This document shows, piece after piece, positions 23,183-36,150 of a stretch of 64,000 bases of DNA (position 1 is its first letter; the number at the start of each line of letters is the position of its first letter). The notes beneath the pieces were generated by a model that saw only the letters and a list, made by a program, of their open reading frames with translations, did no database searches and was not told the DNA's origin. The translations under genes were made by a program, and so were the position numbers. Location of the stretch: assembly GCA_009877105.1 (NCBI GenBank), contig WXFD01000011.1, positions 46,485 to 110,484 on the forward strand, read 5' to 3'. This stretch comes from Bacteroidales bacterium (GTDB lineage: Bacteria > Bacteroidota > Bacteroidia > Bacteroidales > VadinHA17).

Positions 23183-24652
23183 TCAGCCTCTTTCCCATTC
23201 CGCCCCGTCTTTCCTGTCTTTAAGGATAATGCCTGCTTCCTTGAGTTCGTTCCTGATCTTGTCGGATGTCGCAAAATCTTTTCTTTCCCTTGCATCCTGG
23301 CGGAGGTCGATGATTATCTTCATGAGTTCGCCGGTAAGCTTTTCGTCGGTGACTGATACCGGTGCTGCTTTCAATCCCAGGATATCGAAAACAAAGGTTT
23401 TAAATAGTTTTTTAAGCGATCCGAGGTCAGCAGCACTGAGTTTTTCCTTGCCGTCATTTACCTGGTTAATGTATTTCACTCCCTCAAAGAGATATGAAAG
23501 CAGGACGGGAGTGTTCAGATCGTCGTCAATCGCATCAAAGCATTTTTTTTCAAGAGCGCTGATATCCAGTGTTGATTTTTCGGAAGGTCCGGTTTTCTCA
23601 AGTGTTTCAAGTCCCTTGAACAGTCTTTCCAATCCCTTTTCCGCTGATTTAAGGGCTTCATTCGAAAAGTCGACAGTACTCCTGTAATGGGCCTGAAGGA
23701 TGAAGAACCTGATCGTCATCGGGCTGTATGGCTGTTCAAGCAACGGATGCTCGCCGCTGAAAAGCTGATCGAGCGTTATAAAGTTACCAATCGACCTGGC
23801 CATTTTCTGGCCATTGATGGTTATCATATTGTTGTGCATCCAGTATTTTACCGATTCCTTTCCGAGAGCCGCGGTCGACTGTGCTATCTCACACTCATGG
23901 TGAGGGAACATCAGGTCCATGCCGCCGCCATGGATGTCAAATACTTCGCCCAGGTATTTTACGCTCATTGCCGAGCACTCCATGTGCCATCCGGGGAATC
24001 CGTTGCTCCATTCAGAGGGCCACTTCATAATATGACCTGGGGTGGCTTTCTTCCACAGGGAGAAATCAAACGGGCTGCGCTTCTCATCCTGTCCGGCCAG
24101 TGAACGGGTATTTGCCTGGAGCTCTTCAAGCACTCGGCCCGAAAGCTTCCCATAGTCATATTTCTCACTGTACTTTTTTACATCGAAATAAACCGATCCG
24201 TTTGATTCATATGCGTAGCCTTTTTTCAGGATCTTCCTGATAAACTCCTGCTGTTCGATTATGTGTCCCGAAGCCCTTGGTTCAATCGACGGCTTGAGGG
24301 TATTCAGCTGATCCATGTTCCTGTGGAAGGTATTCATATAATTCTGCACGACCTCCATTGGTTCAAGATGCTCGGCCCGGGCCGCCTTCAGGATCTTATC
24401 CTCCCCCTCATCCGAGTCATTTTCGAGATGTCCTACATCGGTGATGTTGCGGACATATCTTACCTTATAACCCAGATGCAATAAGTATCTGTACAATACA
24501 TCGAAAGTGATGGCCGGCCTGGCATGGCCCAGATGGGCATTGCTGTAAACCGTCGGTCCGCAGACGTACAGCCCTGCAAACGGGGGCCGGAGAGGTTCAA
24601 ACAGTTCCTTCCGCCGTGTCAGACTGTTGTATATCGTGAAATTATTATGCAT
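23183..24652 (-). CDS. cysS: Cysteine--tRNA ligase
   Basis: [17 protein letters not shown] (HIGH), GWHMECS, and KMARSIGN (a KMSKS variant). 489 aa. Confidence 0.93.
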   Translation of the reverse strand: MHNNFTIYNSLTRRKELFEPLRPPFAGLYVCGPTVYSNAHLGHARPAITFDVLYRYLLHLGYKVRYVRNITDVGHLENDSDEGEDKILKAARAEHLEPMEVVQNYMNTFHRNMDQLNTLKPSIEPRASGHIIEQQEFIRKILKKGYAYESNGSVYFDVKKYSEKYDYGKLSGRVLEELQANTRSLAGQDEKRSPFDFSLWKKATPGHIMKWPSEWSNGFPGWHMECSAMSVKYLGEVFDIHGGGMDLMFPHHECEIAQSTAALGKESVKYWMHNNMITINGQKMARSIGNFITLDQLFSGEHPLLEQPYSPMTIRFFILQAHYRSTVDFSNEALKSAEKGLERLFKGLETLEKTGPSEKSTLDISALEKKCFDAIDDDLNTPVLLSYLFEGVKYINQVNDGKEKLSAADLGSLKKLFKTFVFDILGLKAAPVSVTDEKLTGELMKIIIDLRQDARERKDFATSDKIRNELKEAGIILKDRKDGAEWERG

Positions 24653-24672
24653 GCATCTGTAATTTGGTTTAG

Positions 24673-24680
24673 CAAAAGTA
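24673..24680 (-). promoter_or_regulatory. -7 box (TActTTTG) for cysS
   Basis: The reverse complement of caaaagta. It lies 21 nt upstream of the ATG at 24652. Confidence 0.45.
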
Positions 24681-24720
24681 AGTTAAATCTTTATTTTTTT
24701 GCGTTTTTAAAAATCATTCC

Positions 24721-24728
24721 TACATTTG
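24721..24728 (+). promoter_or_regulatory. -7 box (TAcaTTTG) upstream of the SAM riboswitch and met operon
   Basis: tacatttg lies ~43 nt upstream of the riboswitch P1 start. Confidence 0.45.
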
Positions 24729-24770
24729 CACCCACGAATCAAATATTCCTTCCTGTCAGGATCGTTTGAT

Positions 24771-27602
<2,832 letters not shown>

Positions 27603-27632
27603 AGGCAGTTTATCATAAATTTTAAAACTTAC

Positions 27633-30600
27633 ATGAAAGAGTCTCTCGGGAACATCATTCAGCAACGTATCCTGATCCTCGACGGAGCGATGGGAACAAT
27701 GATCCAGAAGCAGAAGCTTCAGGAGCATGACTTCAGGGGGGAGCAATTCCTCTCGCATCCCCGTCCCCTGAAAGGCAACAATGATATCCTGTCTATAACG
27801 AAACCCGGTGTAATTCTTGATATTCACCGGCAGTATCTCGAGGCCGGAGCCGACATTATCACCACCAACACATTCAATGCGAACAGGATCTCAATGGCTG
27901 ACTACGGGATGGAGGAAATGGTTTATGAGATGAACCTCCGGTCGGCAAGGCTTGCAGCCAGATCAATCACCCTGTTTGAGGAAGAAGGCGGGAAGGGCCC
28001 GCATTTTGTTGCAGGGTCAATCGGTCCGACAAACCGGACGGCATCCATGTCGTCAGATGTGGGTGATCCGGGTGCCAGGTCGGTTAGCTTCGACCAGCTC
28101 GCCGACGCCTATGCTGAGCAGGTGAGAGGTCTCATCGACGGCGGGGCAGACATCCTCCTGATTGAAACGGTTTTTGATGTGCTGAACTGCAAGGCTGCCC
28201 TTTTTGCCATCGATTCGGTATTCGGCGAAAAAGGCAGGAGACTTCCGGTAATGGTCTCAGGAACAATCACCGATGCCAGCGGCAGGACACTGACCGGACA
28301 GACGCTCGAAGCGTTCCTGGTGTCGGTCTCACATTTCCCGCTGTTCAGCATCGGACTTAACTGTGCCCTTGGCGCTGAGCAGCTGAGGCCGTTTGTGGAG
28401 GAACTGTCTGCAAAGGCAGGTTTTTTTGTGTCAGTTCATCCTAACGCCGGCCTTCCCAACCAGTTCGGGGAATATGACCAGTCGGCCACATTCATGGCTT
28501 CGGTGGCGGAGGAGTTCATGGAAAGGGGCTGGATTAACATAATCGGAGGCTGCTGCGGCACTACCCCGGAACATATAGCAAAGCTGGCAGAAAAAGCTGC
28601 AGGCCACGCCCCGAGAAAGAAGCCTGAAATTACAAGGTATACAAGGCTGTCGGGGCTCGAAGCTCTTACAATCACCCCGCAGACAAATTTTGTCAACATC
28701 GGTGAGCGTACAAATGTATCGGGATCGATAAAATTCGCCCGGCTCATCCGGGAAGAGAAGTATGATGAAGCTCTTTCCGTGGCGCGGAACCAGGTTGAAG
28801 GGGGCGCCCAGATCATAGATATCTGTATGGATGAAGCCTTGCTCGACTCTGAGAAGGCAATGGTGCGGTTCGTGAATCTTGTCATGTCCGAGCCGGATAT
28901 TGCCAGGCTTCCCATTATGATCGACTCTTCGAAATGGACAGTAATTGAATCGGCTCTTAAGTGCATCCAGGGAAAATCGATCGTTAATTCTATCAGCCTT
29001 AAGGAAGGAGAAGAGGTCTTCCTTGAACAGGCGCGCAAAATCCGAAAATACGGGGCTGCTGCCGTTGTGATGCTCTTTGATGAGACCGGACAGGCTGACA
29101 CCTATGAGAAACGGATCGAGGTTGCGGAAAGATCGTATAAACTTATGGTCGATAAGGCCGGATTTCCCCCGGAAGATATTATTTTCGATCCAAATGTTCT
29201 CGCAGTAGCAACCGGAATAGAGGAACATAACAACTACGCCGTCAATTTTATTAAAGCTACGGAATGGATCAGGAAAAACCTGCCGTATGCAAAGGTAAGC
29301 GGGGGTATAAGCAACCTGTCGTTCTCTTTCAGGGGGAATGACAGGGTTCGCGAGGCAATGCATTCGGTGTTCCTTTATCATGCCATCAGGGCAGGTCTGG
29401 ACATGGGTATTGTGAATCCGGGAATGCTCCAGGTATACAGCGAGATTGAACCGGATCTCCTTAAGCTGACGGAGGATGTTGTGCTGAACAGAAGAAAGGA
29501 TGCAACTGAAAGGCTCGTCAGGTTCGCCGAGGGATTGAAGGTTGAGGGCAGGAAAGAAGGGAAGGCGGATGAATGGCGTTCCATGCCCGTGCTGGAGAGG
29601 CTCAGGCACTCCCTGAAACGCGGGATAGATGAATTCATTGAACAGGATACGGAAGAGGCAAGAGGACTTTTTCCCAGGGCGATCGAGCTGATTGAGGGTC
29701 CTCTGATGGGAGGGATGAATGAGGTCGGCGATCTTTTCGGTTCAGGGAAAATGTTCCTGCCCCAGGTGGTAAAGAGCGCGAGGGTTATGAAAAAGGCTGT
29801 TGCCGTCCTGTCTCCATATATTGAGGAGGAAAGCGGTGGGAAGGATAAGAAGCAGGCAGGAAAGATTGTCCTGGCAACGGTTAAGGGCGATGTTCATGAT
29901 ATAGGTAAGAATATTGCCGGAGTCGTACTTTCATGTAACAATTACCAGGTGATAAACCTGGGAGTGATGGTTCCTGCCGACCGGATAATCGACACAGCCC
30001 TGAATGAAAAGGCTGATTTTATCGGCGTCAGCGGATTGATTACGCCTTCACTTGAAGAAATGGTGCATGTTGCATCTGAGATGGAGCGCAGGAAGATAGA
30101 TCTGCCCCTGCTTGTTGGGGGGGCAACTACTTCCGAGATCCATGCTGCAGTGAAGATAGCCCCTGCCTACTCGGGAACCGTTGTCCATGTGAAGGATGCT
30201 TCGAAGGCAGCAGGAGTGCTCTCTTCCCTTCTCCAGGGTGAAGGATCAGGTTTTGCACGAGGAATAAAGGAAAAATATAGAAAAATAAGGGAAGATCATT
30301 CCCTGAGACAGGCGGAGAGGATCCTTCTGCCGATTGAGGTTGCAAGGGAGAACAGGCTGATTACGGACTGGACAAATGCCGTCATCCATGAACCTGCCAG
30401 ACCGGGAATTCATGTGATTAAGCATATCCCTGCCGACCTGCTGGTCAGATATTTCGACTGGACATTTTTCTTTTTTGCATGGAAATTGAACGGAAAATAT
30501 CCCCAGATACTTGAGGATCCTGTGAAGGGCGAAGAGGCACAAAAGCTTTTCAGTGACGCGCAATTTTATATAAGGGAAATTATTGAACGGGAGCTGCTGA

Positions 30601-31280
30601 AGATCAACGGCGTTTTCCAGATCTTTCCTGCAGAATCGGAAGGGGATGATGTGAAAATATTAACAGAAGGCAGAGATCATGTTAAAGGAGTATTCAGGTT
30701 CCTGAGGAACCAGGAACAGAAAGAAAAAGGTGTTCCCAATCTATGCCTTGCAGATTTTGTTGCCCCGGTGTCGTCAGGATTGAAGGATTATATGGGAGTA
30801 TTTGTTGTGACCGCTGAGCTGGATCAGGATAAGCTGGTTGAATACGGTGATGACGATTATGCCGTAATAATGCTCAGGATTCTCAGCGACAGGTATGCGG
30901 AAGCAGCAGCTGAATATGTTCATGAACTGATCCGGAAACATTACTGGGGCTACAGCCCTGAAGAAAATCTGAGTGTTGATGACATGCTGAAAGGGAAATA
31001 TACAGGGATACGTCCGGCTCCAGGTTATCCTGCATGTCCTGATCATACTGAGAAACGGGTTATTTTTGACCTGCTCGAAGCAGAGAAAAATACCGGTGCG
31101 GGACTTACCGAAAATTTTGCGATGACTCCTCCCGCCGCAGTAAGCGGTTACGTTTTTTCGCATCCCGCATCAGCTTATTTCAATGTCGGGAAGATTGGCA
31201 AAGATCAGCTGGCTGATTATGCGGCGAGAAAAAATATGAGTGTTGGGGAAGCCTCGCGTTGGCTTGCTCCGAATTTATGA
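27633..31280 (+). CDS. metH: Cobalamin-dependent methionine synthase
   Basis: 1215 aa. Contains a Hcy-binding domain ([11 protein letters not shown]), a pterin-binding domain, the B12-binding DxHxxG motif ([10 protein letters not shown]) and a C-terminal AdoMet activation domain. Confidence 0.95.
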   Translation: MKESLGNIIQQRILILDGAMGTMIQKQKLQEHDFRGEQFLSHPRPLKGNNDILSITKPGVILDIHRQYLEAGADIITTNTFNANRISMADYGMEEMVYEMNLRSARLAARSITLFEEEGGKGPHFVAGSIGPTNRTASMSSDVGDPGARSVSFDQLADAYAEQVRGLIDGGADILLIETVFDVLNCKAALFAIDSVFGEKGRRLPVMVSGTITDASGRTLTGQTLEAFLVSVSHFPLFSIGLNCALGAEQLRPFVEELSAKAGFFVSVHPNAGLPNQFGEYDQSATFMASVAEEFMERGWINIIGGCCGTTPEHIAKLAEKAAGHAPRKKPEITRYTRLSGLEALTITPQTNFVNIGERTNVSGSIKFARLIREEKYDEALSVARNQVEGGAQIIDICMDEALLDSEKAMVRFVNLVMSEPDIARLPIMIDSSKWTVIESALKCIQGKSIVNSISLKEGEEVFLEQARKIRKYGAAAVVMLFDETGQADTYEKRIEVAERSYKLMVDKAGFPPEDIIFDPNVLAVATGIEEHNNYAVNFIKATEWIRKNLPYAKVSGGISNLSFSFRGNDRVREAMHSVFLYHAIRAGLDMGIVNPGMLQVYSEIEPDLLKLTEDVVLNRRKDATERLVRFAEGLKVEGRKEGKADEWRSMPVLERLRHSLKRGIDEFIEQDTEEARGLFPRAIELIEGPLMGGMNEVGDLFGSGKMFLPQVVKSARVMKKAVAVLSPYIEEESGGKDKKQAGKIVLATVKGDVHDIGKNIAGVVLSCNNYQVINLGVMVPADRIIDTALNEKADFIGVSGLITPSLEEMVHVASEMERRKIDLPLLVGGATTSEIHAAVKIAPAYSGTVVHVKDASKAAGVLSSLLQGEGSGFARGIKEKYRKIREDHSLRQAERILLPIEVARENRLITDWTNAVIHEPARPGIHVIKHIPADLLVRYFDWTFFFFAWKLNGKYPQILEDPVKGEEAQKLFSDAQFYIREIIERELLKINGVFQIFPAESEGDDVKILTEGRDHVKGVFRFLRNQEQKEKGVPNLCLADFVAPVSSGLKDYMGVFVVTAELDQDKLVEYGDDDYAVIMLRILSDRYAEAAAEYVHELIRKHYWGYSPEENLSVDDMLKGKYTGIRPAPGYPACPDHTEKRVIFDLLEAEKNTGAGLTENFAMTPPAAVSGYVFSHPASAYFNVGKIGKDQLADYAARKNMSVGEASRWLAPNL

Positions 31281-31290
31281 TAAATTGTTT

Positions 31291-32244
31291 ATGAGCGTTA
31301 TTGAGATCATCAGAAAAGCAAAAGGAACACTATTCACCTTTGAACTGCTTCCGCCCCTGAAGGGTCACAGCATTGAAAAAATATATTCAACCATCGACCA
31401 GTTGATTGAGTTCGGACCGGCTTACATCAATTTTACTTCGCACCGTAATGAAACAGTTTATCATGAAAGACCTGACGGGCTGCTTGAAAAACGTGTGGTG
31501 AGGAAACGACCGGGCACGTTTGCACTTGCGGCAGCGGTGAAATACAAATATAATATCCCGGTGGTGCCGCATGTTCTCTGCGGAGGATTTACAAGGGAAG
31601 AAACCGAGAATGTGCTCATCGAAATGAATTTCCTCGGCATAAATGATGTGCTTGCCCTCAGGGGCGACCCTCCAAGGGGAAGCCGATCCTTTATTCCCGA
31701 AAAGAACGGGCATACCTATACCTGGGAGCTGGTACAGCAGATCGTAAACATGAATAACGGAAAGTATCTTGAGGCGACTCTTGAGGATACAACACCCACT
31801 TCATTCTGTATCGGGGTTGCGGGTTATCCTGAAAAGCATTTTGAAGCGCCGAACAGGGAGGCTGATATGGATAATCTTAAGCACAAGGTGGGCATGGGTG
31901 CCAGCTACATAGTGACCCAGATGTTTTTCGACAATAAAAAGTTTTTCCGTTTCAGGGACGAATGCAGGAAAGCAGGGATCGAAGTACCGATAATAGCCGG
32001 ACTGAAGCCTGTATCTGCCCTCAATGATATAAACCTGCTGCCCCAGACATTTCATATCGACATGCCAAATGAACTGGTAAAGGAACTGCAGAAATGCAAA
32101 ACCGACCGGGACGCCAGGGAGGTGGGGATAGAATGGGCTGCCATGCAGTCAAAGGAACTTATACGCGAGGGGGTCCCGGGAATCCATTATTACACCCTCG
32201 GACGTTCCGACAATGTTGCAAGGATCGTCAGGCAGTCATTTTAA
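31291..32244 (+). CDS. metF: Methylenetetrahydrofolate reductase
   Basis: FTFELLPPLKG, LALRGDPP and VAGYPEKH are MetF-family motifs. I set the start at the ATG at 31291 (MSVIEII), which avoids the 41-nt overlap with the metH 3' end implied by ORF-track start 31240. Confidence 0.88.
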   Translation: MSVIEIIRKAKGTLFTFELLPPLKGHSIEKIYSTIDQLIEFGPAYINFTSHRNETVYHERPDGLLEKRVVRKRPGTFALAAAVKYKYNIPVVPHVLCGGFTREETENVLIEMNFLGINDVLALRGDPPRGSRSFIPEKNGHTYTWELVQQIVNMNNGKYLEATLEDTTPTSFCIGVAGYPEKHFEAPNREADMDNLKHKVGMGASYIVTQMFFDNKKFFRFRDECRKAGIEVPIIAGLKPVSALNDINLLPQTFHIDMPNELVKELQKCKTDRDAREVGIEWAAMQSKELIREGVPGIHYYTLGRSDNVARIVRQSF

Positions 32245-32400
32245 ATAAAACTGCACAAACTTCACCGGAACTGCCAATGGAACCCTGCAGGCATGTACTC
32301 AGGGGTGGAATATTGTTTGGAATTTCCTGCTCCAGCCGGTAAAAATCTATCTGCTTCTCGCGGTTCAGTTTCCGGTGTTGATTCAGCCCCTGGCGGGAGA

Positions 32401-33744
32401 TCAGATTTTGAAGGCTTTTTTTATCCGGTCTACATGATCGAGTTTTTCCCACGCGAAGAATTCAACTTTCTTGGTATAGACCTTTTTCCCGTTTGAGTTC
32501 ACTATTTTCGGTGTGCAGCCCGGAACTTCGTAATAGACTTCAACCTCCTTTACATGGTGATTTCTCCCGAAATGTCCGTAGGATGCAGTAGGAAGATAGA
32601 TGGGATTCTTGAGGCCGAACCGTTCGACGATGGCAAATGGCCGCAGGTCAAAGAGATCGTTAATTACTGAAGCTATCTCCCCATCGTTCATGGGCATCCC
32701 GTCTTTTCCCTTAACCCTTGCCGTGTTGTAGGTATTGACGTGTAAGCCTACCGGCTTTGCGACACCAATGGCATATGCAATCTGGATCAGCACCCGGTCG
32801 CACACTCCGGCTGCAACGATATTCTTGGCAATATGCCGGGCCGCATAAGCTGCCGACCTGTCGACCTTTGAAGGATCCTTGCCCGAAAAGGCCCCCCCGC
32901 CGTGAGCCCCATGACCGCCGTAAGTGTCTACGATGATCTTGCGGCCGGTGAGCCCGGTATCGCCGTGAGGTCCTCCAATCACGAACTTGCCCGTGGGATT
33001 TACAAGAAGCTTCGTGTCGTCAGTGAAAAGTTTTCTTATCCTTTCGGGCAGGGTCTTCTTTACCCTTGGGATAAGGATATTTTGAAGGTCTGCGGTAATC
33101 TGCTCCTGCATAGCCTTTTCAGCGGATTTACGGGATTTCGGAGAGTGATTTTCTGGCAATATGAATTCATCGTGCTGGGTGCTTATCACAATCGTGTCAA
33201 TCCGTACGGGTGTGTTGTTGTCATCATATTCAATGGTTACCTGCGACTTGCTGTCGGGCCTCAGGTACTTCATATGCTTTTCTTCCCTTCTCACTGCAGC
33301 AAGCTCCTCGAGAAGGGTGTGTGCCAGAACAATGCTGAGAGGCATGTAATTGTCCGTTTCACGGCATGCGTAACCGAACATCATGCCCTGGTCTCCGGCA
33401 CCCTGTTCTTCGGGATTTTCACGAACAACCCCCTGGCGAATGTCGCTCGACTGATCGTGAATGGTGGAAATGACACCGCACGAATCGGAATCAAACCTGT
33501 ATTCCGCCTTGTTATAACCAATATCCCTTATAACCCGGCGGGCAGTCTCCTGAACATCCACCCAGCCCTCAGTACGCACCTCACCACCACATACCACAAG
33601 TCCTGTGGTAACAAAGGTCTCACAGGCAACTTTTGACTCCGGATCCCAGCGAAGAAACTCATCAAGCAATGAATCTGATATCTGATCGGCAACCTTGTCG
33701 GGATGACCTTCCGAAACAGATTCTGAAGTAAATAAATATCCCAT
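32401..33744 (-). CDS. metK: S-adenosylmethionine synthetase (long Bacteroidota form)
   Basis: [32 protein letters not shown] and [19 protein letters not shown]. Confidence 0.95.
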   Translation of the reverse strand: MGYLFTSESVSEGHPDKVADQISDSLLDEFLRWDPESKVACETFVTTGLVVCGGEVRTEGWVDVQETARRVIRDIGYNKAEYRFDSDSCGVISTIHDQSSDIRQGVVRENPEEQGAGDQGMMFGYACRETDNYMPLSIVLAHTLLEELAAVRREEKHMKYLRPDSKSQVTIEYDDNNTPVRIDTIVISTQHDEFILPENHSPKSRKSAEKAMQEQITADLQNILIPRVKKTLPERIRKLFTDDTKLLVNPTGKFVIGGPHGDTGLTGRKIIVDTYGGHGAHGGGAFSGKDPSKVDRSAAYAARHIAKNIVAAGVCDRVLIQIAYAIGVAKPVGLHVNTYNTARVKGKDGMPMNDGEIASVINDLFDLRPFAIVERFGLKNPIYLPTASYGHFGRNHHVKEVEVYYEVPGCTPKIVNSNGKKVYTKKVEFFAWEKLDHVDRIKKAFKI

Positions 33745-33912
33745 CTGACTAGAGTTTAATTTTACATTAGTACAATGGGAAAAGAGTTTGATTGATTCAA
33801 ATGACAGGATGTCAGCATTTTAGCATTTTTTCCCGTGGTTGCAATCAGCTCAAATCTTTCCACCAGATTTCAGGATGTAAAAGAAATAAAAAAATTCCAG
33901 ATTACAAAACCA

Positions 33913-34827
33913 TCATTTGCCCGTCAGGATCCGGAATATTTCTTCCAGGTTGCCCTCTTTCCTCTGAAGGGAAAGTACCGTCAGGTTGTTTCTCACTGCA
34001 AATTCAAACAGGCCCGCTCTTACGTCATGGTCAGCCGGTGATTCGATGATCCATGTATTTGGTTTTGTTTTTCTCACCCTGCCGGCATGGGGTATGCCGG
34101 CCAGCAGGCTGTCAGGGATATCCCGGTCAAACTCGACCTCGATAACCAGCCTGTCATTGATGAGTTTTGAGTAAATGTTTTCCTTTATTTCATCGGCAAC
34201 GATCACACCTCTGTCAATTATTATGATACGGTCGCATATTGCCTCAACTTCCTGCATTATGTGGGTTGAAAGCATGACTGTCTTTTCCTTCCCGGCCTCC
34301 CTGATGAGATTCCTTATTTCAACGATCTGGTTTGGATCAAGTCCTGTGGTGGCTTCGTCGAGAATAAGCACCTGCGGATCATGGATAAGTGCCTGGGCCA
34401 GGCCCACCCTTTGCCTGTAACCCTTCGAAAGGGAACCGATCTTCTTGTTCTGTTCCGGGATCAGCCCGGTTGTTTCAATGATTCTGTCAATCCGGTTCTT
34501 CAGGGGAATGTCCGACCTGTACATGGAGGCAACAAAGCCAAGGTATTCCCTTACATACATTTCAGGATAAAGGGGGTTATTCTCAGGGAGGTATCCTGTC
34601 ATTTCCCTTACTTTCAGCGAACCGGTTCCGATATCATGTCCGTTTATTGTAACTGACCCGGATGTGGCTGGGATGAAGCCGGTTATGATCTTCATCATGG
34701 TTGACTTACCTGCACCGTTGGGCCCCAGGAACCCCATAATCTCTCCTGTCTTTATTTCAAAGGATACGTCATCCAGTGCTTTCTGCTCACCGTAATACTT
34801 GGTGACATTTTTGATAATGACCGACAT
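33913..34827 (-). CDS. gldA: ABC transporter ATP-binding protein, GldA-like (gliding motility-associated)
   Basis: MSVIIKNVTKYYGEQKALDDVSFEI..GFLGPNGAGKSTMMKIITG, LSKGYRQRVGLAQA, LILDEATTGLDP. The start is taken at the second Met (34827). The GldA assignment rests on resemblance only. Confidence 0.7.
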   Translation of the reverse strand: MSVIIKNVTKYYGEQKALDDVSFEIKTGEIMGFLGPNGAGKSTMMKIITGFIPATSGSVTINGHDIGTGSLKVREMTGYLPENNPLYPEMYVREYLGFVASMYRSDIPLKNRIDRIIETTGLIPEQNKKIGSLSKGYRQRVGLAQALIHDPQVLILDEATTGLDPNQIVEIRNLIREAGKEKTVMLSTHIMQEVEAICDRIIIIDRGVIVADEIKENIYSKLINDRLVIEVEFDRDIPDSLLAGIPHAGRVRKTKPNTWIIESPADHDVRAGLFEFAVRNNLTVLSLQRKEGNLEEIFRILTGK

Positions 34828-34905
34828 GGAAAGGCAATTTAACACATAACAGCAGGGCGAAGATAAACCATTGACGGCATTTCTGCAAAACCGGGTTATT
34901 TAACA

Positions 34906-34913
34906 TATTTTTG
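34906..34913 (+). promoter_or_regulatory. -7 box (TAttTTTG) upstream of the DUF362-like gene
   Basis: tatttttg lies 76 nt upstream of the ATG at 34989. Confidence 0.35.
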
Positions 34914-34988
34914 CTTTTCAGAAGGAAATTCCGCCTTAATTTAATAGTTTAATTTTTTGTTATTTTTAATCAGCAGATACAAATCGCA

Positions 34989-36044
34989 ATGAACTCATGG
35001 AATCGCCGTAATTTTCTGAAGACATCCCTGGCCGGGTGTCTGGCGGCAGCCTGTTCACCGGCTTCGGGAATTTTTGCTTCATCAGCCTTGCAGGAGGCCG
35101 GCCGGACCAGGGTTGCCCTGACTACGGGAAACAACAGGGCGGACATTGCTTTCCGCTCCCTGCTTCCCTTTTCGGATCTGCTGAAGCAATCGATAGGTAA
35201 CAAAATGGTTATCCTGAAGCCAAACAATGTGTCAGTAAACGTCCAGCTGGCATCAACCCATGCCGATACTCTCGAAGGCATACTGGAGTTCCTAAGGTCG
35301 ATCAATAAGTTAACCAATGCAGTGATCGCAGAATCGGCTGCAGGCGGTCCGACATTTGAGGGCTTCAGCAATTTCGGTTACAACAGGCTGGCGGAAAAAT
35401 ATAATGTCAGGCTGGTGGATCTTGACCGGGAAAAATCCGACGTTGTTCACGTCTTTGATGAAAAGGATTTCAGGCCGCATCCCGTAAGGGTTTCATCGAT
35501 GCTCCTCGATCCCGGTTCATTTATAGTTTCAGTGGCAAGGATGAAAACACACGACAGGGTAATTGCAACCCTTTCCCTGAAGAATATAGTCCTGGGTGCT
35601 CCCGTCAAGGATGCCGGATTCACCTACGGACCCGGCCGCAAACCGGGAGCTAGGAATGATAAGCCCATTGTGCATGGAAGCGGTATCCGCGGAATAAACT
35701 ACAATATTTTTGCCCTGGCCGGGAGGCTTCATCCTCATCTCGCGGTCATTGACGGTTTTGAAGGGATGGAAGGCAACGGACCCGGGAACGGAACCCCTGT
35801 TGACCACCGTATCTGTGTGGCAAGTACCGACTGGCTTGCTGCTGACAGGGTGGGAATCGAACTTATGGGTATCGATTTTTCCAAGGTAGGATATCTAAAC
35901 TATTGTGCACAGGCAAACATGGGAACAGCAAGCCTCGAAAGTATTGAAGTGCTGGGGGAGAGGATCAGCGGGCACAGGAGAAAATACAGGCTCCACGATA
36001 ATTACAACTCACAGCTTGAATGGATGAAACCCGTCAATACCTGA
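34989..36044 (+). CDS. Tat-signal, DUF362-like protein (351 aa)
   Basis: Twin-arginine signal MNSWNRRNFLKTSLAGCLAAAC, with a possible lipobox LAGC. The body (ILKPN.., ARMKTHDRV, VIDGFEGMEGNGP) resembles the DUF362 family as I remember it. Confidence 0.6.
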   Translation: MNSWNRRNFLKTSLAGCLAAACSPASGIFASSALQEAGRTRVALTTGNNRADIAFRSLLPFSDLLKQSIGNKMVILKPNNVSVNVQLASTHADTLEGILEFLRSINKLTNAVIAESAAGGPTFEGFSNFGYNRLAEKYNVRLVDLDREKSDVVHVFDEKDFRPHPVRVSSMLLDPGSFIVSVARMKTHDRVIATLSLKNIVLGAPVKDAGFTYGPGRKPGARNDKPIVHGSGIRGINYNIFALAGRLHPHLAVIDGFEGMEGNGPGNGTPVDHRICVASTDWLAADRVGIELMGIDFSKVGYLNYCAQANMGTASLESIEVLGERISGHRRKYRLHDNYNSQLEWMKPVNT

Positions 36045-36150
36045 TTTCCCGTGAGACGTTTATTCTTATTGAATACTTAAAATACATGTGTACCTTTAAT
36101 GACAATTTAACAATGTCATCATCTGATTAATAATCTAAATCAAGTCTTCT

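Noticed and set aside
28431-29609. 392-aa minus-strand ORF (plus 28436-29101, 30774-31163 and others) antisense to metH. Similar long antisense ORFs occur at 21583-22410 (ispG), 32902-33636 (metK), 37477-38463, 43531-44178 (rpoN), 18471-18944 (kinase) and 59167-59625.
   Set aside because: Each lies fully inside a strongly supported gene on the other strand and has no recognisable motifs. These are typical shadow ORFs.
33745-33912. Possible SAM riboswitch in the metK leader (minus strand contains GGTGGAAAGA...GCAACC...ATGCTAAAA, resembling SAM-I core strings)
   Set aside because: I could not form a P1 helix, because the two acatcctg copies are direct repeats and not complementary. P2b and P3 stems are also absent. 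This is only a superficial string match and would need a cmsearch to revisit.
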